Under the pieces are notes generated by a model, which made no database searches, had not been told where the DNA came from, and saw only the letters and a program-made list of their open reading frames with translations. DNA of 64,000 bases from an uncultured delta proteobacterium. GTDB lineage: Bacteria; Desulfobacterota; Binatia; Binatales; Binataceae. How positions within the stretch are numbered: the first letter of the stretch is position 1; each line of letters begins with the position of its first letter. A program made the translations under genes and the position numbers. Of this stretch, positions 51,478 to 61,510 are shown in pieces. The stretch lies in the NCBI GenBank assembly GCA_963765675.1, contig CAVXXK010000001.1, forward strand, positions 2,272,001-2,336,000. Reading direction: 5' to 3'.

Positions 51478-51505
51478 GAGCGGAGGCTCTTGCTTCCGCT
51501 CTTCT
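51478..51505 (+). terminator. Hairpin after clpB
   Basis: GAGCGGAGGC-TCTT-GCTTCCGCTC followed by TTCT. Confidence 0.55.
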
Positions 51506-51570
51506 AATGTCTATACTTAAGACAGAATGATTGTGCAGACGCTGTGTTATTAGTATTTATAATATCAAAT
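51490..51570 (+). promoter_or_regulatory. AT-rich promoter region of the cupredoxin/cytochrome c pair
   Basis: TTGCTT-N16-TATACT (51490-51517) overlapped by palindrome TGTCT-N7-AGACA (51508-51524); a second TATAAT at 51558-51563. Confidence 0.45.
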
Positions 51571-51648
51571 TGAAGTTGCGATCGTCCTTTTCGATTCACT
51601 CAAGCGGAAAAGTCCCGCAATTTCGGCCAGTTTTTAGAGGTTTGCCAA

Positions 51649-52104
51649 ATGGCTAGCGGAATTATCGATCTGAGTCTCAGGCCCTCGACCCGTCTGACGC
51701 CAGCGCGCCTGTGGCTGCGTATCGCCGTGATTCTAGTCGCAATCGGCGCGATCCTGGCGCTCGCGTTCCTGCCCGACCCTGCCGGCGCCACCACGGCGCC
51801 GGTCGTCATCAAGATGGCGGATACTCCTGCGGTCTACGAACCAGCGCACGTGAGCGTAAAGGTTGGCGAGCCGGTCCAATGGATCAATACCGGGAAGTCG
51901 GTTCATTCGGTGACCCTGGTGCCCGACGACGCGCAGAACCCAAAGGACGCTTCCGAGCCCGCCGGCGCCAAGACCTTTGACTCAGGCTTCATGCCGCCGG
52001 GCGGAACTTTCAGCTACACATTCACCGTTCCGGGGACGTATCATTACTTTTGCGTTCCCCACGAAAAGGCGGGTATGGTCGGTGTTGTGACGGTGAAGAA
52101 GTAG
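51649..52104 (+). CDS. Exported type-1 blue copper protein (plastocyanin/azurin-like cupredoxin)
   Basis: N-terminal hydrophobic signal; HSV plus YFCVPHEKAGM gives His/Cys/His/Met ligands. Confidence 0.88.
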   Translation: MASGIIDLSLRPSTRLTPARLWLRIAVILVAIGAILALAFLPDPAGATTAPVVIKMADTPAVYEPAHVSVKVGEPVQWINTGKSVHSVTLVPDDAQNPKDASEPAGAKTFDSGFMPPGGTFSYTFTVPGTYHYFCVPHEKAGMVGVVTVKK

Positions 52105-52116
52105 AGAGTTCGAGCC

Positions 52117-52683
52117 TTGAAGAACCGGGGTGGGTTGATAAGTCCGCGGCGCGTGCATCAAGCGTTGTGCGCGTCGATCGTCTTCTGCGGAGTGCTGGCC
52201 CTTTCAGCGGGCGCGGCGTGGTCGTTTCCATGGAGTATCGATATGTATCGCGGCGATGCGGTGCAGCCACTGTCTCGTGCTCCGCGCGTGATGCCGGACG
52301 ACACGATGCCTGTGGATCGCGGTGAGCCACCGATGACGCTTGAAGCGATGACGGTGAAGATGAAAAATCCGTACACCGCGACTCCGAAAGATCTCGCGCA
52401 CGGCAAAGAATTGTTCATGAACAATTGCGCGCCATGCCACGGCGAGAACGCGACCGGCGACGGTCCGGTTGCGCATCTGCTGCATGATCCGCCCAAGAAT
52501 CTGGTTTCCGGCACCAGCAAAGATCTTCCTGACGGATATATCTACGGAGTGATTCGCGACGGGATTTTGCTGATGCCCTCGTACGACGACGCGATGTCGG
52601 CGCACGAGCGGTGGGACGTTGTGATGTACGTGCGCTCGCTGCAGCAGGCTGGCAGCGCGGCGGCAAAGACCGCCTCAAAATAG
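52117..52683 (+). CDS. Exported monoheme cytochrome c (ActE-like)
   Basis: Signal peptide, CAPCH heme motif, distal MPSY, ERWDVVMYVRSLQ; start uncertain. Confidence 0.85.
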   Translation: MKNRGGLISPRRVHQALCASIVFCGVLALSAGAAWSFPWSIDMYRGDAVQPLSRAPRVMPDDTMPVDRGEPPMTLEAMTVKMKNPYTATPKDLAHGKELFMNNCAPCHGENATGDGPVAHLLHDPPKNLVSGTSKDLPDGYIYGVIRDGILLMPSYDDAMSAHERWDVVMYVRSLQQAGSAAAKTASK

Positions 52684-52805
52684 CTATCGTCTCGTAGCTT
52701 GTCGGCCATTTCTGGGGACCCCGGCTCGCACTTCCGAGCAGATGCTCCTTGCGCTTGTTTGCGCATCACACAGCGGCTTTTACGCTAAACAATCGTTAAC
52801 AATTT

Positions 52806-52822
52806 TTGGCGCGCACGATGCT
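52806..52822 (+). promoter_or_regulatory. sigma54 (-24/-12) promoter candidate for the RND efflux operon
   Basis: TTGGCGCGCACGATGCT (GG-N10-GC), preceded by an AT-rich tract. Confidence 0.5.
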
Positions 52823-52916
52823 TCCGCGCGTTGCTCTAAACCTGTTTAATTAGGTTTGTGTTGGGGTTTCGAGCGGGCACATATGCTCGGCTTGGAGGCG
52901 CGTTCGGAGATTGTCG

Positions 52917-54209
52917 ATGCTGCGATGGGGAATCATGGCCGCGATTGTTGTTGCGGTACTCGCAACTCGCGCTGCGCGCGCGGCCCAGCAGCCGACCCTC
53001 GCGCCGTCGACCGAGATGGTGCTGACGGTCGATCAGCTCGTGCAGCTTGCCGAGCAGGCAAATCCCACCGTCAAGGCGGCGCGCGAAAGATGGTACTCAG
53101 CCGAGCATTCGATAAAGCAGGCCTACGCACCCAACGATCCGATCTTCACCTTTTACAACACTGACAGTCCGAAGAATCCGTTCAGCCGCCCCGGAGAGCA
53201 ATCGTACAACCTCACCGAGTCGTTTCAATTCCCCGGCAAGGCGCTGTTGCAGACCGATCAGGCCAAGCGCAACGCGCAGATCGCGCGGCTTGCCTACGAG
53301 GCCTCGCTGCGCGACACGCGGGCCGCGGTCGAGACCGGCTACTATCAACTCGTGCTCGACTCCGCCCTGTCCAATGTCAACGCGGAGAATCTGGATAATC
53401 TCTCGCGCGTGCTGAAGGTGACGCAGATTGCGTACACCGCGAATCAGGCCACGCAAACCGATTTCATCAGTGCCGAATTCGATCTCGCCGCGGCGCGCCA
53501 GCAACAAGCGCAATATGAGACCTCGGTACTGAACGACGAGACGACGCTCAATCAACTGCTGAATCGCGCCCCCGGCAATCCGCTTTCGGTCGATCGCTCC
53601 CTTGTGCTTGCCCCGTTGAATGCGCGCGTCGATGCGCTGGTGGATCTCGCGTGGCAGGTGCGTCAGGAGATTCTCGAAACCGCGCTGACCGAGCGGAACA
53701 CCGATACCGCGCTGTATCTGGCGAAAATGGAATACCTGCCCGACTTTACGGTTGGCTACCAGTTCGACAACTACTTGGTGCCCAACTTTGCGCCGCAAAC
53801 CTCGGAAACCCAGGATCATTCGCTGATCGTCGGGTTCAACGTGCCTATATTTTTCTGGTGGCATCAGAAGGAGGATGTCGAGAAAGCGCGGCACGACCTT
53901 GCCGCCTCGCGCGACGATCTGGATTCGGTGCGCACCCAGACCGCGGCCGCGGTGACCTCGACCTTTCGCACCACCCAGCTCGCGTACCAGACGGCGCTTT
54001 TGTATCGGGACTCTCTGATGGGACTTGCGCGGCAGGACTTCAACGTCGCGCTCATCGCCTATCAATCGGGAAAGATTGATTTCACCACCCTGGCGAGCGC
54101 ACTCGGCCGCGACTATACCGCGCGCATCAACTATTTGCAGGCTGCCAACCAGTTTCTGGCCGGCAAGGTCGCGCTCGAACAGACGATCGGGACGTCGTTA
54201 CCCAAATGA
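52917..54209 (+). CDS. TolC/CzcC family outer-membrane efflux protein
   Basis: Signal peptide, AEQANP, two OEP-like repeats, AYQSGKIDF; ATG 52917 with GGAG RBS. Confidence 0.85.
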   Translation: MLRWGIMAAIVVAVLATRAARAAQQPTLAPSTEMVLTVDQLVQLAEQANPTVKAARERWYSAEHSIKQAYAPNDPIFTFYNTDSPKNPFSRPGEQSYNLTESFQFPGKALLQTDQAKRNAQIARLAYEASLRDTRAAVETGYYQLVLDSALSNVNAENLDNLSRVLKVTQIAYTANQATQTDFISAEFDLAAARQQQAQYETSVLNDETTLNQLLNRAPGNPLSVDRSLVLAPLNARVDALVDLAWQVRQEILETALTERNTDTALYLAKMEYLPDFTVGYQFDNYLVPNFAPQTSETQDHSLIVGFNVPIFFWWHQKEDVEKARHDLAASRDDLDSVRTQTAAAVTSTFRTTQLAYQTALLYRDSLMGLARQDFNVALIAYQSGKIDFTTLASALGRDYTARINYLQAANQFLAGKVALEQTIGTSLPK

Positions 54210-55330
54210 CCACGCGAAACATCTTTCAACTGACGATCGCCGGATGCGCGATACTCGCGATCGCGGGATGTCGCTCCGCGCTGAACAGCAGCGCCGCCCC
54301 CGGTCCTCAGGCCGAGGTCCCGGTTCTGATTCATCAGAGCGGCCAGCCTGAGATGATCGAACTCAAGCTGTCCACGGTGCCCGGCGCCACTTTCAGCGAC
54401 GTGCACGAGGTCGAGCTGCCGGGAGTTCTCGAAACCACGGGGCAGGTGACCTTCGACGATCGCCGCGTCTCAACGATCGTCTCGCGCGTGCAGGGCCGGA
54501 TCGAGCAGACGCGCGTGTCGCTGTGGGACAACGTGCGACGCGGTGAGCCGATCGTCTCACTCTACAGCCCCGACTTCATGACCGCCGAGGCCGAGTTGCT
54601 CCAAGCCAAGACCACCGCGAATCTGACCGGCGCTCCCGAAATGAGCGGTGGAGTGAACCTTGCCGAGTCTCTCGTATCGGCGGCCAAGCGCAAGCTCGAG
54701 CTACTCGGGATGGACGAGGCCGATATCGCGGCGATCAAGGCGCCGAACCCGGTGGTCTGGATGCGCGCGCCGATCTCGGGCACCGTCGTCGAGAACAAGG
54801 CGCTTCGCGGCGGCGCCGTGAATCCCGGCGATGAGCTGTACTCACTCGGAACCCTCGAGGACGTCTGGATAACCGGTGATATCTACGAAGACGACCTGTC
54901 TCGGGTCAACGTCGGGCAGCATCTCGATGCGGTAACGACTGCGTATCCGACTGAGGTTTTCCACGGCACCATCGCGCGCATCAGCCCGGGCGTCGATCCG
55001 AATACTCACACGATCCAGATTCGATGCGAGGTGCAAAATCCCGGATTGAAGCTCAAGCCGCAGATGCTGGCGCGGGTAAAGATCGTGACCCGGCCGGGAC
55101 AGGCGCTGGTGGTCCCGCAGGACGCGCTGATCTTTGAGACCGACGGCTACTATGCGTATGTCGATGTCGGCAACGACCGCCTCGAACGGCGCAAGGTAGC
55201 GATCGCGTCGTGGGGAGAAAAAGGTTATGCCCGAGTGGTCTCCGGGCTCAAGCCGGGTGACCGCGTAGTCACGGGACAGACCATCCAGGTCGACGCGCTC
55301 TGGCATCAAGCGCACGGAGAAAGCTCCTAA
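54206..55330 (+). CDS. RND periplasmic adaptor (CzcB/CusB-like), probable lipoprotein
   Basis: IAGC lipobox, RAPISGTV, LKPQM, SGLKPGDRVV. Confidence 0.88.
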   Translation: MTTRNIFQLTIAGCAILAIAGCRSALNSSAAPGPQAEVPVLIHQSGQPEMIELKLSTVPGATFSDVHEVELPGVLETTGQVTFDDRRVSTIVSRVQGRIEQTRVSLWDNVRRGEPIVSLYSPDFMTAEAELLQAKTTANLTGAPEMSGGVNLAESLVSAAKRKLELLGMDEADIAAIKAPNPVVWMRAPISGTVVENKALRGGAVNPGDELYSLGTLEDVWITGDIYEDDLSRVNVGQHLDAVTTAYPTEVFHGTIARISPGVDPNTHTIQIRCEVQNPGLKLKPQMLARVKIVTRPGQALVVPQDALIFETDGYYAYVDVGNDRLERRKVAIASWGEKGYARVVSGLKPGDRVVTGQTIQVDALWHQAHGESS

Positions 55331-55357
55331 GCCGCGCAATACGGATTCGATCGAATC

Positions 55358-58300
55358 ATGATCCAATCGCTCATGGGGCTCGCGCTGCGCGAGCGGATTG
55401 TCGTCATAGGACTGGCTATCGTCCTGCTGCTGGCGGGCATTTTCTCATTTACTCAGATCGATATCGAAGCCTATCCCGATCCCGTGCAACCGATGGTCGA
55501 AATCCTGACTCTGCCCAACGGGCTCAGCGCGGAAGAGGTCGAGAAGCTGGTCACGGTTCCGACTGAATATGGACTAGGCGGGCTGCGTAATATGACTCGG
55601 ATGGACTCGATATCTCTGTTTGGGCTGTCCGATATCCGATGCTACTTCAGTTGGGACAGCGACTACTACATGGATCGCATCGAGTCGATCAACCAACTCA
55701 GTTTTATCACTCTACCGCAGGGTATAACTCCGGGTATCTCGCCGGAAAATCCGATCGGAGAGATTTATCGCTACACGGTCCAAAGCCCGGACCATGACTT
55801 GATCAAGCAGAAGGAGATCGAAGACTGGGTTCTGGAAAAGCAGCTCAAATCGGTCGAGGGAGTGATCGACGTTTCGGGCTTTGGCGGCTTGACCAAGCAG
55901 TACCACGTCGACGTAGATCCACAGCGCCTCAATTATTACAACGTCCCGCTTTCGACCTTGATCAGCTCGATCCAGAACGCCAACGTCAACGCTGGCGGTA
56001 ACTACCTGAACGTCGGTGAACAGGCTTTCGACGTTCGTGGGCTCGGTCTTATCACCACGCTCGACGATATCAGGAAGATCGTTCTCAGCTCGACCAAATC
56101 GACTCCGATCACGGTGGCCAACGTGGCCGACGTCTCAGTCGGGTACGCTCCGCGGCTGGGGATTGTCGGAATGAATAATCAGAACGAAGTGGTCGAGGGT
56201 ATCGTTCTGATGCGCAAATTCGGCAACACGCTCACTACTCTTAAGGGCGTGGAGAAGAAAGTTCAGCAGCTAAACACTGAAGGGATGCTGCCCCCGGGTT
56301 ACAAGGTAGTGCCGTATTACGACCGCACCGGCCTGGTCGAGACGACGTTGCATACGGTGATGGAAAACGTCGGGGTCGGGATCCTGCTGGTTTTCCTGGT
56401 ACTGATTTTCTTCCTGGGTAATCTGCGCGCAGCGATTATCGCGGCGATCAATATTCCGCTCGCGCTGTTTGGCGCGTTCATCTTGATGCATCTGACTAAC
56501 ACGCCCGCGAACCTGATTTCGCTGGGCGCGATCGATTTCGGCATCATCATCGACTCGACCGTGATCGTAATCGAGAATATCTATCGCCATCTCTCGGCCG
56601 AAGAGCATCAGCACGAGAGCGTGCGTGCGCGAATTCAGCATGCGGCGCAGGAAGTCGGCGGCCCGATGCTGTTTTCGACCCTGATCTTTGTGATCGCCTT
56701 CCTGCCGCTGTTCACGATGCGCGGAGTCGAGGGCGCGATCTTTTCGCCAATGTCGCACACCTATGCCTACGCGCTCGGCGTCGCGATTCTGCTCGCGGTC
56801 ACGCTGTCGCCGGTGCTGAGCTCGTTCTTTTTCGCGCGCGGAATTAAGGAAGCGCACAATCCGGTGTGGGAGGCGTTCCGGCATTTCTACCACGGGTTGT
56901 TTGTCCGGGTCCTGTCGTGGCCGCGTGTTTCGCTGGGCGTAATTATAGTAATTATCGTGGCTGGGTTCTCGCTGTTCCCGCGCCTGGGCGGCGAGTTTCT
57001 GCCCAAGCTCGAAGAGGGCAATATCTGGGCGCACGCGATGATGCCGCTGACGATTTCGCTCGATCATGGCGCCGCAATGACCAACCGGATGCGCCGGATC
57101 TTCCTGTCCTATCCGGAAGTGACCAACGTGGTCTCGCAGCTCGGGCGTCCGGATGACGGCACCGAGACCACCGGCTTCTTCAGTATCGAATTCTCCGTCG
57201 ATCTCAGGCCGCAGGAACAGTGGCCCGCCGGAATGACCAAGGACAAGCTGGTCGCCGCGATGGATGACCATCTGCGCAAGCAGTTTCCCGGGGTCGGATT
57301 TTCCTACAGCCAGAATATTGAGGACAACGTCGACGAGGCGCTGTCGGGCGTAAAGGCCGGCTCCAACGCGGTCAAAGTGTTCGGTTACGATCTTGATACC
57401 GATGAATCACTCGCCAACCGGATCGCCGATATCTTGCGGAGCATTCGCGGAATCACCGACGTATTCGTGCTGCGTTCACTCGGCCAACCCAATTTGGTGA
57501 TCTCACCCAATCGCGCCGAGTGCGCCCGATATGGACTGAATTCCGGCGACGTCGCCGCAGTGGTGCAGGCAGCGATCGGAGGGCAGGCCGTCACCCAGGT
57601 GCTCGAAGGCGACCGCCGTTTCGACCTGGTCGTGCGATGGAAGCCGCAGTATCGCCAGAGTCTCGACGCGATCAAGCAGATTCGTATCAACGTTCCCAGC
57701 GGCGGACAGGTTCCGCTGGCGCAGGTCGCCGATGTCCAGAGCGCGCAGGGCGCGTCGTTCATCTATCGCGAGGCGCTCGAGCGCTACGTGCCGTTGCGCT
57801 TTTCAGTGAACGGACGCGATCTGGCCTCGGCGATAAGCGAGGCTCAGGCGGCGATAAAAAAACAGGTGAAGATGCCGGAGGGAGTGCATCTCGAGTGGGC
57901 CGGCGAATATGGCGAACTCGAGGCGGCGAACCGGCGCCTGATGATCGTCGTGCCGTTCGCGCTGCTGCTGATCGCGGGTGTGCTCTACGGCGCGACGACC
58001 TCGCTCATCGACACCTTCATTATCATGGCGCAGCTACCAGTCGCGTGCCTGGGCGGTATCGTCGCGTTGTATATAACAGGCACGCCTTTCAGCATCTCCG
58101 CCGCGGTCGGTTTCATTTCGATTTTCGGAATCGCCGTGATGGACGGAATTCTCCTGAGCTTCTATATCCGCCAGCTTTGGGACGAGGGTCATCCGTTTCT
58201 CGAATCGATCATCATGGGCTCGGACCGGCGCTTCCGCGCGATCATCATGACCGCGATGGTCGATTGCGTGGGGCTTCTGCCCGCCGCACTTTCGACCAAG

Positions 58301-58459
58301 ATTGGCGCGCAGACGCAGAAGCCGCTCGCGATCGTCGTGATCGGCGGCGCGATCGCGATCATGGTGATCACCCGGCTCTTGCAGCCGATCCTGATCTATC
58401 TATGCCATCGCCGGCTGCGTCTTGCCGACGCTGCCAGTCCCCGTCCCGCCAACGTATAA
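55358..58459 (+). CDS. czcA: Heavy-metal efflux RND permease, CzcA/CusA family
   Basis: IEAYPD, EEVEKLVT, TM4 GAIDFGIIIDSTVIVIEN (CzcA-type DFG motif), GGEFLPKLEEG. Confidence 0.85.
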   Translation: MIQSLMGLALRERIVVIGLAIVLLLAGIFSFTQIDIEAYPDPVQPMVEILTLPNGLSAEEVEKLVTVPTEYGLGGLRNMTRMDSISLFGLSDIRCYFSWDSDYYMDRIESINQLSFITLPQGITPGISPENPIGEIYRYTVQSPDHDLIKQKEIEDWVLEKQLKSVEGVIDVSGFGGLTKQYHVDVDPQRLNYYNVPLSTLISSIQNANVNAGGNYLNVGEQAFDVRGLGLITTLDDIRKIVLSSTKSTPITVANVADVSVGYAPRLGIVGMNNQNEVVEGIVLMRKFGNTLTTLKGVEKKVQQLNTEGMLPPGYKVVPYYDRTGLVETTLHTVMENVGVGILLVFLVLIFFLGNLRAAIIAAINIPLALFGAFILMHLTNTPANLISLGAIDFGIIIDSTVIVIENIYRHLSAEEHQHESVRARIQHAAQEVGGPMLFSTLIFVIAFLPLFTMRGVEGAIFSPMSHTYAYALGVAILLAVTLSPVLSSFFFARGIKEAHNPVWEAFRHFYHGLFVRVLSWPRVSLGVIIVIIVAGFSLFPRLGGEFLPKLEEGNIWAHAMMPLTISLDHGAAMTNRMRRIFLSYPEVTNVVSQLGRPDDGTETTGFFSIEFSVDLRPQEQWPAGMTKDKLVAAMDDHLRKQFPGVGFSYSQNIEDNVDEALSGVKAGSNAVKVFGYDLDTDESLANRIADILRSIRGITDVFVLRSLGQPNLVISPNRAECARYGLNSGDVAAVVQAAIGGQAVTQVLEGDRRFDLVVRWKPQYRQSLDAIKQIRINVPSGGQVPLAQVADVQSAQGASFIYREALERYVPLRFSVNGRDLASAISEAQAAIKKQVKMPEGVHLEWAGEYGELEAANRRLMIVVPFALLLIAGVLYGATTSLIDTFIIMAQLPVACLGGIVALYITGTPFSISAAVGFISIFGIAVMDGILLSFYIRQLWDEGHPFLESIIMGSDRRFRAIIMTAMVDCVGLLPAALSTKIGAQTQKPLAIVVIGGAIAIMVITRLLQPILIYLCHRRLRLADAASPRPANV

Positions 58460-58513
58460 GCGCTCGCAGCGGCGGCGCACGTCGTGGTAAACCCGCGATG
58501 GAGGCGACAGGCG

Positions 58514-59353
58514 ATGGATACATTGGCAAGCGGCTTCGGACTGCTCGAGGCTCCGCGCGCTGACGCGCAGGGGCGGCTCTACTTCAGCGATGTTCCCAAC
58601 GGCGGCGTCTATCGGCGAAATCCCGACGGCAAGATCGACACCGTGATTCCCAAACGCCGCGGCGTCGGCGGAATGATGTTCAACGCGGGCGGTGGACTGG
58701 TCACCACCGGACGCGGATTGATTTTGTTCGACGAGACCACCGGCAAGAGCCGTGATCTGTTCGCCGAGTGGGACGGCAAACCCCTGATGGGCCTGAACGA
58801 TCTGACCACCGACGATCAGGGCAGCGTCTATACCGGCTCGCTCAGCTTCGACCCGCTCAGCAACAACACGCCCAAGCCGGGCAGCCTGTTCCGCGTCGAT
58901 GCGCCCGGTCGCGCGACCAAGCTGTGGGACGGAATCCAGGTGACCAACGGCCTCGGGCTGAGCCCCGACCGCAAGCTGCTCTATCATTCCGATTCGCCCA
59001 CGCAGGCAGTTTGGGTTTATGACGTGGCGGCGGACCGCAGCGTCAAGGACCGGAGGATTTTCGCAAAGCTTCCGGCTGGAATGCCGGACGGACTTGCCGT
59101 CGATGCGGAAGGTGGCGTATGGGTCGCGGCGGTGCGCTCTGGCGAAGTGGTGCATATCGGTGCGGATGCGACCGTCAAAAAGCGGATAAAGTTTCCCGCC
59201 ACGATGGTGACGAGCCTGACCTTCGGCGGACGCGACCTGATGGATCTCTATGTCGTCACAGCCGACAACACTGAACATCCCGATCGCAAGGGGACAATCT
59301 TTAAGTTGCGCGCAGAAGTAGCCGGTCTGCCGGTGCCTCTGGCGAAGTTCTGA
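58514..59353 (+). CDS. SMP-30/gluconolactonase/LRE family protein
   Basis: LEAP, LYFSD, ND, NGLGLSPD, PDGLAVDAEG; ATG 58514 with GGAGG RBS. Confidence 0.88.
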   Translation: MDTLASGFGLLEAPRADAQGRLYFSDVPNGGVYRRNPDGKIDTVIPKRRGVGGMMFNAGGGLVTTGRGLILFDETTGKSRDLFAEWDGKPLMGLNDLTTDDQGSVYTGSLSFDPLSNNTPKPGSLFRVDAPGRATKLWDGIQVTNGLGLSPDRKLLYHSDSPTQAVWVYDVAADRSVKDRRIFAKLPAGMPDGLAVDAEGGVWVAAVRSGEVVHIGADATVKKRIKFPATMVTSLTFGGRDLMDLYVVTADNTEHPDRKGTIFKLRAEVAGLPVPLAKF

Positions 59354-60274
59354 TTATTTCGAGCCTGTGCCTGCTTCCTCCTCCATGTCAGGCAACGGAG
59401 GAGGAAGCAGGCGACTGATTACCAGTGGGGAGTCGCGCGAGCCGGCCAGGACTGCGCTGGCCGCGACCGTTAGCGCGAATGCGCCGACTCTCAGCACAGC
59501 GGCCGAGGGTGCGGAGGGCAGATGCTCTCCAAACGCGATGATGCCGCCCAGGATCGGCACCACGTTCGAGAGTGCTGACGACAGCGGCACCGCGATAATT
59601 CCCCTCGAGTCATGAAATGAGTTCTGCAGCAGAATGGTTCCGGCGATATTCGCGATCACCAGCAGATACACGTACGGATTCGCGCCGATTCTGAGCACAA
59701 GCGCGGCGTCGGGCCGCGCGATAAAGTCGGTCGTCATTCCCTTGGTGTAAAGACTCGCCAGACCGAACGCGACGCCTGACAAAATCGCTGCCGCCGCTCC
59801 CGTCTCACGCAGCCGCACGGTCGCCATCGGCGCCAGCGCCAGCGCGATCAACACCGCCGACAAAACCGTGAGCGCCTGCACGTCGAGCGTGCCTTCGGTG
59901 TCCGCGCTCGACAGCGACGCCGCCAGCATCGCCATCCCGAGCACGGTCGCGCCGATTCCGATCCATTCGCGCAAGTCAGCGCGCTCCTTCAGAGTCGCAA
60001 CCGCGATCACCACGAACATCGCGGTGCCGCCCTGCATCATCACCGCGACCATCGAGACTTGCGCCTGCGAAAGGGCGACCACGTAAATCGCGAAGCCGAC
60101 GGTTTGAACGCCAAGTCCGCCGAGCCACATGGGGTCGGCCAGCCACGCGCCCAGCGCGTGCAGCATCTTTTTTCCTGAAGCTACCGGAAGATGCCCGGAA
60201 CGGCTCTTCATCATCACCAGGCCGCCGCCCATGAACATCGAGGCGACCGCGGCCAGAAGAAGATAGATCAGCAT
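59354..60274 (-). CDS. DMT-superfamily-like multi-pass membrane protein
   Basis: About 9-10 hydrophobic segments, PMWLGGL, LKERA...EWIG, FGEHLP; starts 10 bp after the hpnI stop. Confidence 0.65.
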   Translation of the reverse strand: MLIYLLLAAVASMFMGGGLVMMKSRSGHLPVASGKKMLHALGAWLADPMWLGGLGVQTVGFAIYVVALSQAQVSMVAVMMQGGTAMFVVIAVATLKERADLREWIGIGATVLGMAMLAASLSSADTEGTLDVQALTVLSAVLIALALAPMATVRLRETGAAAAILSGVAFGLASLYTKGMTTDFIARPDAALVLRIGANPYVYLLVIANIAGTILLQNSFHDSRGIIAVPLSSALSNVVPILGGIIAFGEHLPSAPSAAVLRVGAFALTVAASAVLAGSRDSPLVISRLLPPPLPDMEEEAGTGSK

Positions 60275-60283
60275 CTCGCGCGA

Positions 60284-61447
60284 CTACTGGCCGGCCTTGA
60301 TCTCGTGCATCACACCACCGCGCGTTACCATCAGCTTGCGTCCACCCCAGAGCACTTTATTGCTGGCGAAGCTCGCAAACCAGATTGCGGTCAGGATGAG
60401 ATCCTTGATCGGAACCAGCCACAGGTCGCGCATGAGCTCGGGCAACTTGAGTACGCGCCGCAGCATGAACGCCGACATCGCGATTCGCGCGGCGATAACC
60501 GCCACCAGCGCCACTATCGACGCGAGGCTCGCCTTCGAGACCAGTACCAGGACCAGCGCCCAGAACGGTCCGTGCGCCACGATCGTCGCCATGCTGACCG
60601 GACGCACCATCCGATAGGTTCGCGCCCACCTGAGCTGATGATTCCAGAAGTGGCTGAATTGATCTTCTTCGGCGGTAATCGTGACCAGCGCCGACGACAA
60701 CTTGACCTTCCATCCGTGGTCCGCGGCCATCCGGCCGAGATAGAAATCGTCGGCGAGGTTGTCCTTCACCGCGCGAAAGCCGCCAATCGATTCGAGCGCG
60801 GCGCGCTTCATCGCGATCGTCGCGCCCAGCGCATGGCGCATCGGCTCGATCATCTCGGACAGCATCACCTGCGGCGCGAAGTCGGTGTTGATGAAGAGCG
60901 CTTCCATGCGCGAGGTGATCGAGTTATTCGGATGCGCCCGGTAGGCGCAGGTGACGACGCCAACCTTTTCGTCGGAGAGCAGTTCGCTGACGACGCGCTG
61001 CAGGTAGTCGCGCTCGACATAGATGTCGGCGTCGCTGATGACGAAGATCTCGGCTTTCTCCGCGCGCTCTTCCATCTTGATCGCCTTTGCGATCTTCAGG
61101 TTCACGCAATCCGGCTCTTCGCCGACCACCAGGGTCAGGTTGGCGAACTGGTAGCGGGCGCGCAGCGCGGCCGGAATCGGTGCGGCGGGATCTTCGTACG
61201 AGGAGACCGCGAAGAAATAGTCGATGCGCGAATAGGTGGCTTCGAGGATGCTCACGATATTGTCGGCAAGCGCGCGATTAAGGCCGTGCAGCGGTTTCAG
61301 CACCGCGACGCGCGGTGCAATCTTCGGAAGCGGGCCCGGAGGTTTTGCCGCGCGGCTCGCGAACCGCGCCGCCGCCACCGTCGCCGCAACGTAGTAGAGG
61401 ATCGATACGATTACGCAAGCCAGCGCGAAAGTGCGCAGAATGATCAT
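60284..61447 (-). CDS. hpnI: Bacteriohopanetetrol glucosamine biosynthesis glycosyltransferase HpnI (GT2/GT21)
   Basis: VLKPLHG, ISDADI, LADDFYLG, HQLRWART; adjacent to hpnJ. Confidence 0.82.
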   Translation of the reverse strand: MIILRTFALACVIVSILYYVAATVAAARFASRAAKPPGPLPKIAPRVAVLKPLHGLNRALADNIVSILEATYSRIDYFFAVSSYEDPAAPIPAALRARYQFANLTLVVGEEPDCVNLKIAKAIKMEERAEKAEIFVISDADIYVERDYLQRVVSELLSDEKVGVVTCAYRAHPNNSITSRMEALFINTDFAPQVMLSEMIEPMRHALGATIAMKRAALESIGGFRAVKDNLADDFYLGRMAADHGWKVKLSSALVTITAEEDQFSHFWNHQLRWARTYRMVRPVSMATIVAHGPFWALVLVLVSKASLASIVALVAVIAARIAMSAFMLRRVLKLPELMRDLWLVPIKDLILTAIWFASFASNKVLWGGRKLMVTRGGVMHEIKAGQ

Positions 61448-61510
61448 TGGAGCGAAGTCAATGCTATACGGACGCGCCCGGACCGCAGCCGGACGCGGGC
61501 GCGGCCGCGT

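Noticed and set aside
55400-56300. Apparently more A/T-ending codons in the 5' part of czcA, suggesting horizontal transfer
   Set aside because: Impression only and not computed; no integrase, IS or flanking repeats.
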